A stretch of DNA of 64,000 nucleotides from Octopus sinensis (GCF_006345805.1 NC_043000.1:133238001-133302000), one strand, 5' to 3'; counted from the stretch's first letter, positions 1-13,869 are shown. Numbers and translations are program-made. The notes: a model not told the origin generated them from the letters alone.

Positions 1-658
1 GCTTTCTCAAGACAAATCCTGCAATATTGTGGCTTTCATTTGATATAGCTACATTCAGTGAGATATAGAGATTGCTATTTAATATTTCTGTTTTAAAATA
101 TCATTGTTAATTTTCAAGGTATTTTTGCAGCCAGAATCACATGCTTATTTATCAATTAATATGATAATATTATTAAGACTGAAATAATTTGCTTTTAACT
201 GTAGAACTTGAAGTAGATAAAACTATAAATAACAACATGTAAATATTGGGTTAAAAACCCTCTGAATAGAAAATGTCAAAGGCTGCCTATGGGACCTGAA
301 ACCACATCTTCTGTAACTATGACAGATGCTCTAACATTGTACCAAAGAAATCTTTTGAATGCCTCTATCTATTTTTGAGGCTTTCTTTTTACCGGCAAGA
401 ATTGTATGTTGTTTACATCATGAGAATTTAGAAGCTTTGAGAGACATCAAATAATTCATTTTTAATGGTGGAATTCAAAGAAGATAAAGCAATAATCTTT
501 TTTCTATTAGTAGCACAAGACCCAAATTTTTGGTGGAGTGGGACTTGGTTGATTACATTGACCCCAGTACTCAACTAGTACCTATTTTATTGATCCTTAA
601 AGGATGAAAGGCAAAGTGTACCTCAGCGGAATTTGAACCTAGAAAGAAAAGATGAACA

Positions 659-1050
659 GGAGTGGTTGTGTGGTAAGTAGCTTGCTTACCAACCACATGG
701 TTCTGGGTTCAGTCCCACTGTGCGGCACCTTGGGCAAGTGTCTTCTACTATAGCCTCGGGCCGACCAAAGCTTTGTAAGTGGATTTGGTAGATGGAAACT
801 GAAAGAAGCCCATCGTATATATTTATATATATATGTGTGTGTATGTTTGTGTGTCTGTGTTTGTTCCCCCACCATCGCTTGACAACCGGTGCTGGTCTGT
901 TTACGGCCCCATCACTTAGTGGTTTGGCAAGAGAGACTGATAGAATAAGTACTAGGTTTACAAAGAATAAGTCTTGGGGGCGATTTGATTCGACTAAAGG
1001 CAGTGCTCCAGCATGGTCACAGTCAAATGACTGAAACAAGTAAAAAAAGA
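659..1050 (+). mobile_element. SINE family A (tRNA-like head, internal TA/TG tract)
   Basis: Matches many other copies in the window. Confidence 0.85.
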
Positions 1051-2021
1051 AAGAAAGAAAATGCTAAGCACGTAGTCCAGCGTACTAATGATTCTGTCAG
1101 CTCACTGCCTTAGATAAAACTATAAATAATGTGCAAATATTAGGCTAAAATCTCTTGAATAAAATACCAAGGAAGTTTTAATTTTTTTTTTTTTTTCCTG
1201 GAAGAAGAAAATGATGACAATTGAGTTAGAACTCAAAAATGAAGTAGCACTGAATATCAGATATTACTAATTATTCAGTGTATCTACTGGCCCAATTACT
1301 TAAAACAACAATTCTTATTTCTTTTTATTGCCTACTATTAGGGGCTAAACGTAGAGGGGACAAACAAGGAAAGACAAACGGATTAAGTCGATTACATCAA
1401 CCCCAGTGTGTAACTGGTACTTAATTCATCAACCCCGAAAGGATGAAAGGCAAAGTTGACCTCGGGGGAATTTGAACTCAGAACGTAACAGCAGATGAAA
1501 TACTGCTGAGCATTTTGCCCGGTGTGTTAACGTTTCTGCCAGCTCACTGCCTTTCAATAATTCTGATATGACGTCTGAAGTGAGTAAGATAAGAAAAAAT
1601 ACGAAATTGTGATGTTTATGTCTTTTATAAGAGTATTAGTCAAGGAGCTCAGGACTCAAAAGCTGACCTCTACTTTACAGTGCACAACATATTATTCATA
1701 GCTATTAAGCTGCAATCTTCTTTAGAATCTTTATCCTGTAGCATCAAGACCTTGACTTCGACATTCTTATGCAATAATTACACCTTATTACAGAATTTGT
1801 TTTTTTTGGCTCACAGGTTCAAGTAAAGGCTGTATTTATGGGATTATCTCCATCTATATTTATAATCAATGTTTACTTCATAGTGACATAAGTATTTAAT
1901 ACACAATTCAACAGCTATTTTTGCTTTTCTAACCAAAAGGAGAATTCTACAATGCACCAACATACAAACATAGATACAACAGACACATGCACACCATATT
2001 CATAATCTCATAGACAAATGT

Positions 2022-2331
2022 GTGGTGGCAAAATGGCCCAGTGGTTAGGGCAGCGGACTCGCAGTCGGAGGAGCGCGGTTTCGATTCTCAGATTGGGTGT
2101 TGTGTGTTTTTAGTGAGCGAAAACACCTTAAGCTCCACGAGGCTCCGGCAGGGGGTGGTGGCTACCCCTGTTGTACTCTTTCGCCCAAACTTTCTCTCAC
2201 TCTTTCGTCCTGTTTCTTGAGTAATGCTGCGATGGACTGGCATCCCGTCCAGCTGTGGGGAACACATACACCATAGAAACCGGGCCCATGAGCCTGTCTA
2301 GGCTTGAAAAGGGCGCATAAATAAATAAAAA
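2022..2331 (+). mobile_element. tRNA-derived SINE family B with 13-bp TSD
   Basis: A/B-box-like head TGGCCCAGTGGTTAG...GGTTTCGATTC; TSD catagacaaatgt at 2009-2021 and 2332-2344. Confidence 0.88.
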
Positions 2332-2823
2332 CATAGACAAATGTATATGTATACATGCATGTGTGTGTGTCTGTGTCTGTGTGTGTATGTTCCGTCTATC
2401 TTTTATCTTTTGCTTGTTTCAGTCATTAGACTGCAGCCATACTGGGGCAACATTGTGAAGAATTTTTTATTGAATGAATTGATCCCAGTACTTAATTTTT
2501 TTAAAACCTAGTACATATTCTGCTGGTATCCCACTAAGTTACAGAGATGTAAACACACCAACATCGGTTGTCAAGAAGTGGTGGAGGACAAACACAGACA
2601 CAAAAACACTCACATACACACAAACACACACACATATATATTCTTTCAGTCTCTATCTACCAAATCTACTTATAAGACTTTGGCCAACCCAGGGCTATAG
2701 TGGAAGACATTTGCCCAAGGTGTCATGCAGTGGAACTGAACCTGGGACTTTGTTGTTTGAAAATAAACTTCTTACTATACACCCACACCCACACCTATCT
2801 TAGCACATAGTTATGCCTGCACC

Positions 2824-2887
2824 TATGTATGTATGTATGTATGTATGTATGTATGTATGTATGTATGTATGTATGTATGTATGTATG

Positions 2888-2921
<34 letters not shown>

Positions 2922-3178
2922 TGTATGTATGTGTGTATGTATATATGTATGTATGTATGTATGTATCTATGTATCTATGTATGTGTGCATGCATATATGT
3001 ATGAATGCATGCATATATGTATGTATGAATGTATCTATGTATGAATGCATGCATACATGTATACATCTATGTATGTATGTATGTACATATGTACGTACGT
3101 ATGTGTGTATGTATGCATGTATGTATGTATGTATGTATGTAGGTATGTATGTATGTATGTATGTATGTATGCATGTAT
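2824..3178. repeat. (TATG)n microsatellite, imperfect
   Basis: Direct reading. Confidence 0.95.
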
Positions 3179-3201
3179 AAACATTATACATATATCAAAA
3201 T

Positions 3202-3507
3202 GTGGAGGCACAATGGCCCAGTGGTTAGGACAGCGGACTCGCGGTTGGATGATCGTGGTTTCGATTCCCAGACCGGGTGTTGTGTGTGTTTATTGAGCAA
3301 AAACACCTAAAAGTTCCATGGGGCAGGGGGTGGTGTCGACCCCTGTTGTACTCTTTCTCCACAACTTTCTCTCACTCACTCTTCCTGTTTCTTGATTAAC
3401 GCTGTGATGGACTGGCGTCCCGTCCAGCTGGGTAGAGCACATACCCCACAGAAACCAGGAAACCAGGCCCATGAGCCTGGCTAGGCTTGAAAAGGGCGAA
3501 GAAAGAA
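3202..3507 (+). mobile_element. tRNA-derived SINE family B with 12-bp TSD
   Basis: TSD atatatcaaaat at 3190-3201 and 3508-3519. Confidence 0.88.
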
Positions 3508-3699
3508 ATATATCAAAATAGATGAAAGATCACAAATGTATTGGAATTGATATCTGTTGTTCTTTTTTTTTTAACAAGAATAGATAATGTCTGTGAGTGT
3601 CATGTGATTCTGAGTTCCAGCATGTTTGAAAGTGTCTATTATTGCTGCTAACTTTACAGACGTGAATATGTGAAGATGGTTCAAGCGAGGTCATTGCCA

Positions 3700-3910
3700 G
3701 TACCGCCTGACTGGCCCCATGCCGGTGGCACGTTAAAGCACCCACTACACTCTTGGAGTGGTTGGTGTTAGGAAGGGCATCCAGCTGTAGAAATTCTGCC
3801 AGATCAAGATTGGAGCCTGGTGCAGCCATCTAGTTCGCCAGTCCTCAGTCAAATCATCCAACCCATGCTAGCATGGAAAGCAGACGTTAAACGACGATGA
3901 CAATGATGAT
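3700..3910 (+). mobile_element. Retroposon family D (RTE-like 3' end, (GAT)n tail)
   Basis: Shared end catgctagcatggaaa..gacgttaaacgatgatg. Other copies near 9470-9790, 15600-15820, 28460-28615, 47920-48110, 59115-59420 and 60115-60420. Confidence 0.8.
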
Positions 3911-5744
3911 TGCTGCCGCCGTTGCTGGTTTGCATTGCCTTGTTTTTGCTATTGTCTTATATTTCTTTAATAATTTCTAGTATGTTGAAGGGATTGCCAC
4001 CATTGTGACCAAATAGATTTGAGTGCTATTGGTTGAAGAATATATATTATTTCATCATGTAGTATTGCCCAAGGCAATTGACTTAGAGATTTTAATTTAA
4101 GTGTAAGTGTGACAACAACTCAATACAAATAATTGCAGATTTGAACAGCTGTCACAATGAAAATTCATTAAAAACAAAACAAACAAAAAAAACTTTTCTG
4201 TTAGAGGAATTCAAAACCAAAGGTGTGTAGTTTCCTTTTGTATGTCATGATCAACAATCATTTCACTGCCTCCGGATTGATTTTATCTGAACATCAGTGC
4301 TGAGAAGCTACTGAGAATATATTGCTAATGCCAGTGCCACTGCTGATGAGGAAATGTTTCTTTGAAGGCTTTCCAATGATATAAAATGTACAGCTGTTGG
4401 GATGATTACTAGACAAGGTTGCTGCAATAATTTAATGGAATTGTAATTATCACTTTAGCTTTACGCATAGAATTTCTTGACAATTTGAAGAATTGCAAAG
4501 AATGCCGAGTATGCTAATTGTTATTTCAAATCTGATCTCATAAAAGAAGCAATATATAACTGAGTAATTTTGTTTAGCATCATCAAAAATATTGGCATTT
4601 TTTTTTTCACTGTTTCACATTCTTTTCCCTACCTTAGCTAAAATTGCTGGCCTTGTGCCAAAATTTGAAACTATTATTATTAAGGCAGTAAATTGGCAGA
4701 ATTTTAAGCATGTTGGATGAAATGCTTCGCAACATTTCTTCCAAATATTAATGTTTTTTGTTCAAATACAAGGTCAACTTTGCCTTTCTTCTTTTGGGGG
4801 TCAAAAAAATAAAGTACCAATCAAGAACTGAGATTAATGTAATTCATTTGACCCCTCTCTTCAAAACTGCTGGCCTTATACCAAATTTTGAAAGAATTAT
4901 TATTGTTATTGTTATCATTATTATATCTTCTTAATCCTTTTTGCCCCTTGTGGAGCAAAGGGCCGGTTTCCCGGTTTCCTTGGCATATAGGTTCTCCACC
5001 TAGATGGGACACTGGTCCGACACAGGTGAGCAGCAAGATGCAGGAAGAAAGAGTGAGAGAAAGTTGGGGTGAAAGAGTCAGCAGAAGTTCGCCATTACCT
5101 TCTGCTGGAGCCGCGTGGAGCTTAGATGTTTCGCTCATAAACACACACAATGCCCGGTCTGAGATTCGAACCTGTAATCCCTCAACTGGGAATCCGCTGC
5201 TCTAACCACTAGGCCATGTGCCTCCACATCATTATTATATAGTGTCAATCATTGCTGGGATTAATAAAACTGATTATCTTTCTCCTTCACATTTCAGATC
5301 TTGTACCTATACTCTTTTACTCTTTTACTTGTTTCACTCATTTGACAGCAGCCATGCTGGAGCACCACCTTTAGTTGAACAAATCAACCCCAGGACTTAT
5401 TCTTTGTAAGCTTAGTACTTATTCTATCAGTCTCTTATGCATACATATACATATATACAATGGGCTTCTTTCAGTTTCCATCTACCAAATCCACTCGCAA
5501 GGCTTTGGTTGGCCCAAGGCTATAGTAGAAGATATTTGCTCAAAGTTCCATGCAATGGGATTGAACCCGGAACCATGTGGTTTGTAAGCAAGCTACTTAC
5601 CACACAGCCACTCCTGCACCTTGTTTTATAGGATGATGGTTAAAACAAGTTGCTTTCTTTTACAATCTTGCTACTAAATGGGTGGCTGGTCAAAATTTAT
5701 TCTAAATTAAAAAGAGAAAGAGAAGATGCATACATACATACATA

Positions 5745-6135
5745 CTCTTTTTTTTTACATTTATTTCAGTCATTTGACTGCGGCCATGCTGGAGCACCAC
5801 CTTTAGTCAAACAAATTGACCCAAGGACTTATTCTTTGTAAGCCTAGTAATTATTCTATCAGTTTCTTTTGCCAAACTGCTGAGTTACGGGGACGTAAAC
5901 ACACCAACATCGGTTGTCAAGCAATGTTGGGGGACAAATACAGACACAGTAACACACACACATATATACGACAGGCTTCTTTCAGTTTCCATCTACCAAA
6001 TCCACTCAGAAGGCTTTGGTTGACCCAAGGCTGTAGTAGAAGACACTTGCTCAAGATGCCACATGGTGAGACAGAACCCTGAACCATGTGGTTGGGAAGC
6101 AAGCTTCTTACCACTCAGCCATTTTTGCACCTATG
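5745..6135 (-). mobile_element. SINE family A
   Basis: Reverse complement of the 659-1050 type; a deleted copy lies at about 5310-5620. Confidence 0.85.
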
Positions 6136-7993
6136 CACACACACACACACACAATGGTCTTCCATACAGTTTCCATCTTCCAGATTCACTAACAAAGCAT
6201 TGATCAACCTGGGACTACAGCAGAAGACATTTGCCTTTGGTGCTGCACAGTGGGGCTGAACCTGAAACCTCATGGTCACAAATTGAGCTTCTCATCCATA
6301 CAGTCATGTTTGTGCCTACAAAGACAATCAAATGTTATGTCAGGCATTTTACTTGATACTCAAGAGATCCACTATCCATCCATCATCTTGTAATAACAGT
6401 TCTTTTTAATTGTAATAATTTGTTCTAGTTTTGGCACAGATATCTGACAAACTCCTCCTTTTTGAGGTTTTGGTAGATTTGCAAGCTGCATGGTGACCTC
6501 AATGTGCTGAAGGCACAAGAAAAGCACCCTGTACACAGTTAAGTGGTTGATGTAAGGAAGGTGAAGGGAAGAAAAGGATAGAAGGAGGAAATGAAATATA
6601 AGTATACAACCCATGCTAGTATGATGATTATGATGATGATGATGATGATGATGATAGTGTACAACATATGTGAACTCATCTATTATGCAAACTTCCTGGT
6701 ACAGGAGAACCTCTAACTGGGGCCAATGAAGAAACCTAACCTCACAGATCCAGGATCATCCTACACCAAAGGCACAAGCCCTCACTCAACTGTTACTTTC
6801 CAAACTATAGGTGCATGGTTGGAGAAGGTTCATTCAGTGTGTGTGTTTGTGTGTCTGTGTTTGTCTCCCCAACATCGCTTGACAACCGATGCTGGTGTGT
6901 TTACGTCCCCGTAATCTAGCGGTTTGGCAAAAGAGGCCAATAGAATAAGTACTAGGCTTACAAAGAATAAGTCCTGGGGTCGGTTTGCTTGACTAAAAGC
7001 AGTGCTCCAGCATGACTACAATCAAATGACTGAAACAAGTAAAAGAGTAAGGTCTTGTAGAGTTTTAAAGTCCTGGATATCAGGATAATTCATATCATAT
7101 AAATTAAGAATTTGTATTCTCTCCTCAAGATCCCAATATATGCATGTATCTATGTATGTATGTCTTTATGCTTGTCCTCTCACCAAACTTAAAAAATAAG
7201 TACTGAGGTTGCTTTGTTCAACTAAACCTTCAACACAGTGCTCAGTATGGCTGTAATCCAATGACTGTAACAAGTACACGATAAAAGATTTATATTCTTA
7301 GGGCAAATCCATTGGCCATCATGTTTACTTTTGATTCTTCATGGGGGGTCAATCTAATGGTGTATCAGTCAAATTTGGGATTTGATTTAATTACTTTCCC
7401 TTCTTCCTATGTAAGAAATCATTATAAATATGTTATTAATATTTATCATTTCTTTTTTCATAAATATCTTTATACACAGATGAGCTTGCCAAAATCTAAA
7501 ATAAGCACATACCCTCTCCCCTTCCTACACCCCCATGCTATTGATTACGGATCTTACTTTGCGATATTGATTGTTATCAGACAATAGCAAATGCATAGGT
7601 TTACTTAATTCTTCAATTTTGGTGCAGTCACTGAAGATTTGGCAGAATCTCAATAACTTACCTTTTGCCATTTGTGTCTTGTATCTTGAAAACATGAGTA
7701 GTAGTATGCAAACAATATGGGTGCATCTATGTAATTATATACACACACATACACACACGCAGATGCATGTATACAAATATTTATATACACATACATACAT
7801 ACATACAATTGTTAAGATCCCGGATGAGCCAATATCTAAGCAAGAAACTCAAAAGGGGGCAGTAGCATTGAACCCCATATTTCACCAAAATCTGCTCCGA
7901 CAAAGATGGAAAGTGGAAAGATGATTACAATGGTGGTGCTCCAGCATGGCCACAGTCATTGGACTGAAACATATAAAAGAATAAAAGAATACA

Positions 7994-8033
<40 letters not shown>

Positions 8034-8824
8034 CAAAAATGAGATAAGAGAAAAAAACTCAGTGACCAATGGCAAGTATTGGAACAACATAAATAAATAC
8101 AAGTGTATCAGATACCAAAGAACACAAATTCCTGATTTATTAAAACTACCACCACCTCTTGAGGATATATCATAATTTCTAAATGGTAATCAAGACCTAT
8201 TCCACTTCAAAAGAGGGAATAATCTTAAGCTTCAAGAATTTTTCAAAGATGACATGCCATTAAGAGAAAGGTCATGCTTTTCGTCTGGTGATAAGAAAAC
8301 AGTTTAGGTAGGTGGCGCTGTGAGCTGCTCTAGGTGTGTGATTTAGTGGTTTGGCAAAAGAAACTGATAGAATAAGTACTAGGCTTACAAAGAATAGGTC
8401 CTGGGGTTGATTTGGTCGACTAAAGGTGGTACTCCAGCATGGCCACAGTCAAATGACTGAAACAAGTAAAAGAGTTGTGTCTATGCAACAATGATATTCA
8501 GTTAGATTGTTTTATGTGGTAATTACAGATTTCTTTTGCCATGTTAAGATTTGTAAGCTTACATTACCCAAACAAATAAGCCTGTGAATTAATTTTGTGA
8601 AGTTAATTCTCAATTTCTTAAAATTGTCTTCCTTTTCATTTAAGTGATACTAATTGCACAAGATTTTGGTTTCCATTCTCCAACAACAACACTGCCAAAT
8701 AAGATATATGAAGTCAGATGAATTAAATCCTTCTGAAGATCTCCAATTTTGATTAAGACATGCAAGTAAACCATTATGATATTTTCATCTTATAGAAACT
8801 AAGCCCAGCAGTGAAACAGTAATA

Positions 8825-9208
8825 TCTCTCTCTATATAAACGGCAGTTTGTCTGTGCATGTTTCTGTGTGTCTGTTTGCTTGTACCCTCACCCTGACCAC
8901 GGCTTTCAACCGATTCTGATGAAACTTGACACACACATAGCCCAATGTCATAATTCAAAACTAACGCAGTGAAAATTTTGAAAAGTTCCCCCAGTTCTGA
9001 AAAAAATCGATAAATTCGACATGGGGTCGAGAATCAGGAACACAAACCACAAACTGTGTAGGGGACGCAACTCCACCTTTTTTAACTATCAAAAAAAATT
9101 TACCATCATTTTTTTCCCTTTTTTTGCTATTCTTTGGCTATAACTCTCTAAAAATGCTTTATAGTTATTTCCCTTACAAACCTGAGCAACGCCGGGCGAT
9201 ACTGCTAG
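8825..9208 (+). mobile_element. Non-autonomous Helitron
   Basis: Starts TC after A, ends CTAG before T, no TSD, GC-rich subterminal palindrome CGCCGGGCG just before CTAG. Confidence 0.75.
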
Positions 9209-9997
9209 TTTATAATAAAACCTTCCAATTTCACCAGCTCACACAATATATGTGAGTGCTCTTATCTACTTGATTCCTGAATACTCATATTAACTGGAAT
9301 AGAGTTTAAAACAGTATATTCAGTCAAATAATATAATTTCCTCTTCTATCAGTATATAGAGGATTTATTAGAAAAACAAGAAAATTGCAGTAAAGCTTTA
9401 TGGTAATGGTACCAAGCATAGAATGCAGGCCATCATTTAACTTGTTTTATTCTTCTATTCCATTTTATTTTGACATGCCAGTGGCACGTAAAAAGCGCCA
9501 TCCGTACGTGGTCAATGCCAGCGCCACCTTGACTGGCTTCCGTGCCAGTGGCACGTAAAAAGCCCCAACCAATCATGGCCGTTGCCAGCCTCCCCTGGCA
9601 CCTGTGCCGGTGGCATGTAAAAAGCACCCACTACACTCACGGAGTGGTTGACGTTAGGAAGGGCATCCAGCTGTAGAAACACTGCCAGATCAGACTGGAG
9701 CCTGGTGCAGCCTCCTGGATTCCCAGATCCCGGTCGAACCGTCCAACCCATGCTAGCATAGAAAACGGACGTTAAACGATGATGATGATGCACATGGCAT
9801 TTTATTCTTCTCCTCCATTTTACAAATCCTGTGTGCATATATGCATTGTATGTTCACACTTCTCTTTCTAGTTCCTACTCAAAACTATTTACAGATCACA
9901 ACTATCTCACAAACTTGTGTTCATGAGGAGCACTTTGCACTTTGATGGTTGTGAAACTAGTATATTCATTCAGAAGAACCCCACTCCCCCAACATAC

Positions 9998-10159
9998 CAT
10001 CGCTGATTTTAACTTTCTTGCACTATGTTGTAAATGCACCAGGAAAGATCTGACCACTCTTGAAGTTGGCAATTTTATGGAATTCAAATGATGTATTGTG
10101 TCTGATAATCCTTTTGACTCCTGGTCATTACTATATGTTTCTTCTAGAAAACCTTCAAA
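9998..10159 (-). CDS. Weak candidate internal exon of an unidentified minus-strand gene (FEGFLEETYSNDQESK...ARKLKSAM), 162 nt
   Basis: Non-repetitive open frame, AAG| acceptor with weak tract, ATG|GTATGT donor; protein not recognised. Confidence 0.25.
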
Positions 10160-10180
10160 CTTATACAATATAATTTATGA

Positions 10181-10375
10181 GAGCGGTTCACAAAGGACTT
10201 GGTAAGTGATGCCAAGACACCCTCAGCCTTCTTGGCAATTTTAGCAATGTGTTTTGTCCAATGCAAATCGCTGTCGACAATAATGCCCAGGTCACGTTCA
10301 CACGAAGACTTTTTGAGATTAGTGTTGTGGAGAGAGTAAGTAGATGCTGGGTTTTTCCTCCCAAAATGCATGGTG
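10181..10375 (-). mobile_element. CR1-clade LINE ORF2 fragment
   Basis: HFGRKNP...ERDLGIIVDSDLHWTKHIAKIAKKA; same family as 19530-20275. Confidence 0.85.
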
Positions 10376-10597
10376 GTACATATCTATCTATCTCTTTCTC
10401 TGTCTGTTTGTCTGTCTGTCCGTCTGTCTATCCGTCTGTTTGTTTGCCTGTTCGCCTATCTATCTATTTATCTGTCTCTGTCTGTCTCTATTATCTATAC
10501 ATAACATACAAACATACATGTCTACACACACATACACATATGTATATAATACATATAATACATACATACACACATATATATAAATATGTATATGTGT

Positions 10598-10649
<52 letters not shown>

Positions 10650-10653
<4 letters not shown>

Positions 10654-10875
10654 TCTTTGCATTATCATTTTTGATGATGACTTCTGGTTTATGCTCGTAC
10701 CAATTTTTTGCTCTGTCAAGTCCATACTTGTTGCAAAGTGTCCAATGGACAATCCTTGCCATATTGTCATGACGCCTCTTATATTCTTTCTGGGCTAGTA
10801 GTGTACATTGATTAGTAATATGCTATACAGTTTCACCATTTTGTCCACAAATTCTGCACTTATCACTTTCTGATG
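10650..10875 (-). mobile_element. R2/R4-type (REL endonuclease) retrotransposon fragment, CCHC region
   Basis: KCRICGQNGETV...RHDNMARIVHW.LC.KYGL...WYEHKPE. Confidence 0.75.
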
Positions 10876-11034
10876 TGTTGTCCACCACCACCACCACCAC
10901 CACCACCGCCACTGCCACCGCCATCACCACCACCAACACCATCACAACCACCACCATTACTACTATTATTGTCGTCGTCGTCATTGTTGTTGGTGTTGGT
11001 GTTGTTATTGTTATCATTATTATTCTATGTTTGA

Positions 11035-11470
11035 CTTTTGCTTTACATTTGTACAAGTTGGCTCCAAGTCTCACCCAGAGACAACAAGTTGGAACTTCAT
11101 GTTGGTATTATGCCTAGGGTGCCATATATTTGGTTTTGTACATAGTGTTGTTCTAGAGAATGTTTAAGAAACCATAAGAAAATTATGTTTGTTTTAAAAC
11201 TTGAGATTACATAGAAAGTATTTTGCGTAGGATATGAACAGTTCCCATGAGCATTATCTTTTGAATTTCTGCCATTTTTGGGTTTCCTGGTCTCTGAGTT
11301 AGGTAGCAATCAGCCCCTTTTGCTATCATTCCTAGGGCTCCTACGACAACAAGTCTTCAGCTTCCACATTTTGCTGATTTCTATTTCAAGATCTTTATAT
11401 TTGCTCAGTTTTTGGTGGGTCATGACAGATATGTTTATATCGATTGGGACAGTCATATCAATAGGAGGCA
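11035..11470 (-). mobile_element. R2/R4-type retrotransposon 3' end
   Basis: IDMTVPIDINI...KLSKYKDLEIEISKMWKLKT; bounded by (ATT)n tracts. Confidence 0.75.
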
Positions 11471-11472
11471 TG

Positions 11473-11531
<59 letters not shown>

Positions 11532-11607
11532 ACACAAAGAAGGCACAGAAAATAAATTTCCTCAACTGTCCAGGGGGATCCTTGGAAGTAGCAGATAATT
11601 TTCATTA

Positions 11608-12500
11608 CTCTAGGTGACCAAATTAGCAACTGTGGAGGTTGCTCTCAAAGCACAGCTGCTAGCAGAAGGACTGGCTGGGTTAAGTTCAGAGAGCAATTAC
11701 CTTTGTTGGTAAGAAAGGGCCTCTCCCTCAGAGTAAAAGGCAGACTGTATGATGCCTGTGTATGGCCAGCTATGCTACATGGCAGTGCAACATAAGCTGT
11801 GACTGCAAAGGACATACACAAGCTTGAGAAAAATGAAGCTAGCATGCTCTACTGGATGTACAATGTTAATGTGCATGTATGACAGAGTGTAAATGTCTTG
11901 AGAGAAACATTGGGTATATAATAGGCATTAACTATGAGAGCTCAAAATCTCTCGTGGAAGCATCATCCAACCAAAATGCAAATATATGGGAAACTACCAC
12001 CTGTGTCATCTCTTGTGAAAGGTAGGAGAGTCCAGTTTGCTGGACATTGTTGTAGAGCTGAAAACGAGACAATTTCTACTCTTCTCCTCTGGAAGCCATC
12101 TACACGAAACACCAGAGGGCGCACACTCTCCTACCCTGATGTAATCTCCAGGGATACAGGCATCCAGCAACAGGACGTCCGTAATGCTATGATGGACCGT
12201 GAAGTCTGGCGTAGCATGGTAAATTCCATTGTCTCGACCACGGTCGAACAGTGATGATGATGATGAGGCATTAATCATAGTATGCAAGAGAGAAGACTGT
12301 GTTGGTATGGCCATGTGAAGCATATGGATGAGGACAGATGCATAAAAAAGTGTTGATCTCTAAATGTGGAAGGAACCTGTGGAAGAGGAAGACCTAGGAA
12401 GACATGGGATGAAGTAGTGAAAAATGATCTTCAGATGTTGAGCCTCACAGAGAAGACAACAAAGGACTGAAGCAACTGGCAGTCTGCTGTGCTTGAGAAG
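11608..12500 (+). mobile_element. Degenerate RTE-clade LINE fragment interrupted by a nested insertion
   Basis: GWVKFREQLPLL...KGRLYDACV.PAMLHGS; continues after 12274 with RRLCWYGHV-like sequence. Confidence 0.8.
11932..12265 (+). mobile_element. 5'-truncated LINE (RTE/RTEX-like) nested in the RTE fragment
   Basis: RRVQFAGHCCR...DREVWRSMV, (GAT)n tail, TSD aggcattaa at 11923-11931 and 12266-12274. Confidence 0.85.
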
Positions 12501-13317
12501 ACCTGTTCAACAAAGTAAAATCCGCAGCCCACCCATGCTCACCACCACTATTTCCCCCTTCACTCCTTTCTCCCTCACATATCCACATACCTGCATGCAG
12601 TATGCCCCTGTTGAAACCATTCCCTTCCCCGCAATTCTGGCTCCTGCTCTTTTGAAATCTTGAGAACCCACCACCTACTCAATCCCCGTCCCTATCAAAT
12701 ATACATCACCCTGTAACTTAGGTGCATGATCCCTGCCCCTCTCTGTCACATCTTCACTATCATTCTCTTCTCTCTCTCCCTCTCCCTCTCCCTCTCTCTC
12801 TCCCTCTCTCTCTCTCTTCCCCTCTCTCCCTCTCCATCTGAGGAAACCATGTCTTTCGTCTAATGCACAACACCTCTCTGTCCCTCAACTCTACTTCCCT
12901 GCCCCAGTTGAAAAGTCCTGTTCTGCAAGTTACTTGGTGATCTTATGCTACTGGTGCCAAGAAAACAGCACCCTATAAATTTTGTAAAGTGGTTGGCATC
13001 CAGTCATAGAAACTATGCCAAAAGAGACAGCAGAGGTTGGTGCATCCTTCTGACTTGCCAGTTCCTGTCAAACTGACCTACCCATGCCAATATGGAAAAC
13101 GGATAGTGAATGATGATGGTGATTATTATTATTATTAAGCTGATATAATTGTTACTGTACAGGGCAAAATGCTAAGCCTGTCTTTATGCTTTGAGTTCAA
13201 TTTCCACTGACGTCAACTTTGCATTTCATTCTTTCAAGATCAATAAAATAAGCGTCACTGGGGTTGATGTAATTGATTTATTTCCTTCCCAAAAACTGCT
13301 GGCTTTTTTCCAAAATT

Positions 13318-13348
<31 letters not shown>

Positions 13349-13554
13349 TTAAGGTGGTGAGCTGGTGGAATCGTTAGTATGCCAGGCAAGATGTTTAGCA
13401 GCATTTTGTCCATCCTTATGTTGTGAGTTCAAATTCGGCGAGGGTCAACTTTGCTTTTCATCCTTTCAGGGTTGATAAAATAAGTACCAGTACCAGTCGA
13501 CTTAGTTCATTCCACTGGCCTTGTGCCAAACTTTGAAACCATTAATATTATTTT

Positions 13555-13765
13555 GGTTTGGCTCAGGTTTGGTCTTATTCCTGGTAAGAATTATGTGGGT
13601 AGCAGGTTACTACCTGTAACCTTAGTAATCCACAAGTTTTCAGCAGATTTTCAAGTGCTTAGAACCCTCCTGATAATCCTTGCTGTCCCTAAGAGACAAA
13701 CCTTCTCTAGGAGCTCCACCAGGCATTCTATCTTAATCTCCTTCAGCCATTTGTCTACATTATTA
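13555..13765 (-). mobile_element. R2/R4-type retrotransposon 3' end
   Basis: LEKVCLLGTARIIRRVL C-terminal motif. Confidence 0.65.
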
Positions 13766-13869
13766 TTGTTGTTGATGTTGTTGTTTTTGTTGTTGCTGCA
13801 GCTGCTTTGTTTGTTTGTTTGTTTGTTTGTTTGTTGAGCGAAGTGGTCTTCGTCCCATTAGTAGGAGAA

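Noticed and set aside
639-1039. ORFs like [17 protein letters not shown] and ...GLNPEPCGW recurring through the window
   Set aside because: They recur in every family-A SINE copy, so they are chance frames in a repeat
2022-2100. tRNA gene
   Set aside because: A/B-box-like head only, followed by a SINE body and flanked by TSDs; no cloverleaf. No rRNA, tRNA or CRISPR array is supported anywhere in the window.
2800-3296. ORFs such as MYVCMYVC.../HTYIHTYI...
   Set aside because: Translations of the (TATG)n microsatellite; the same applies to the 10344-10798, 14677-15309 and 25793-25993 ORFs
4160-4430. Unique-looking stretch as a terminal exon on the minus strand
   Set aside because: Open frames are short, unrecognised and cannot be linked to other exons
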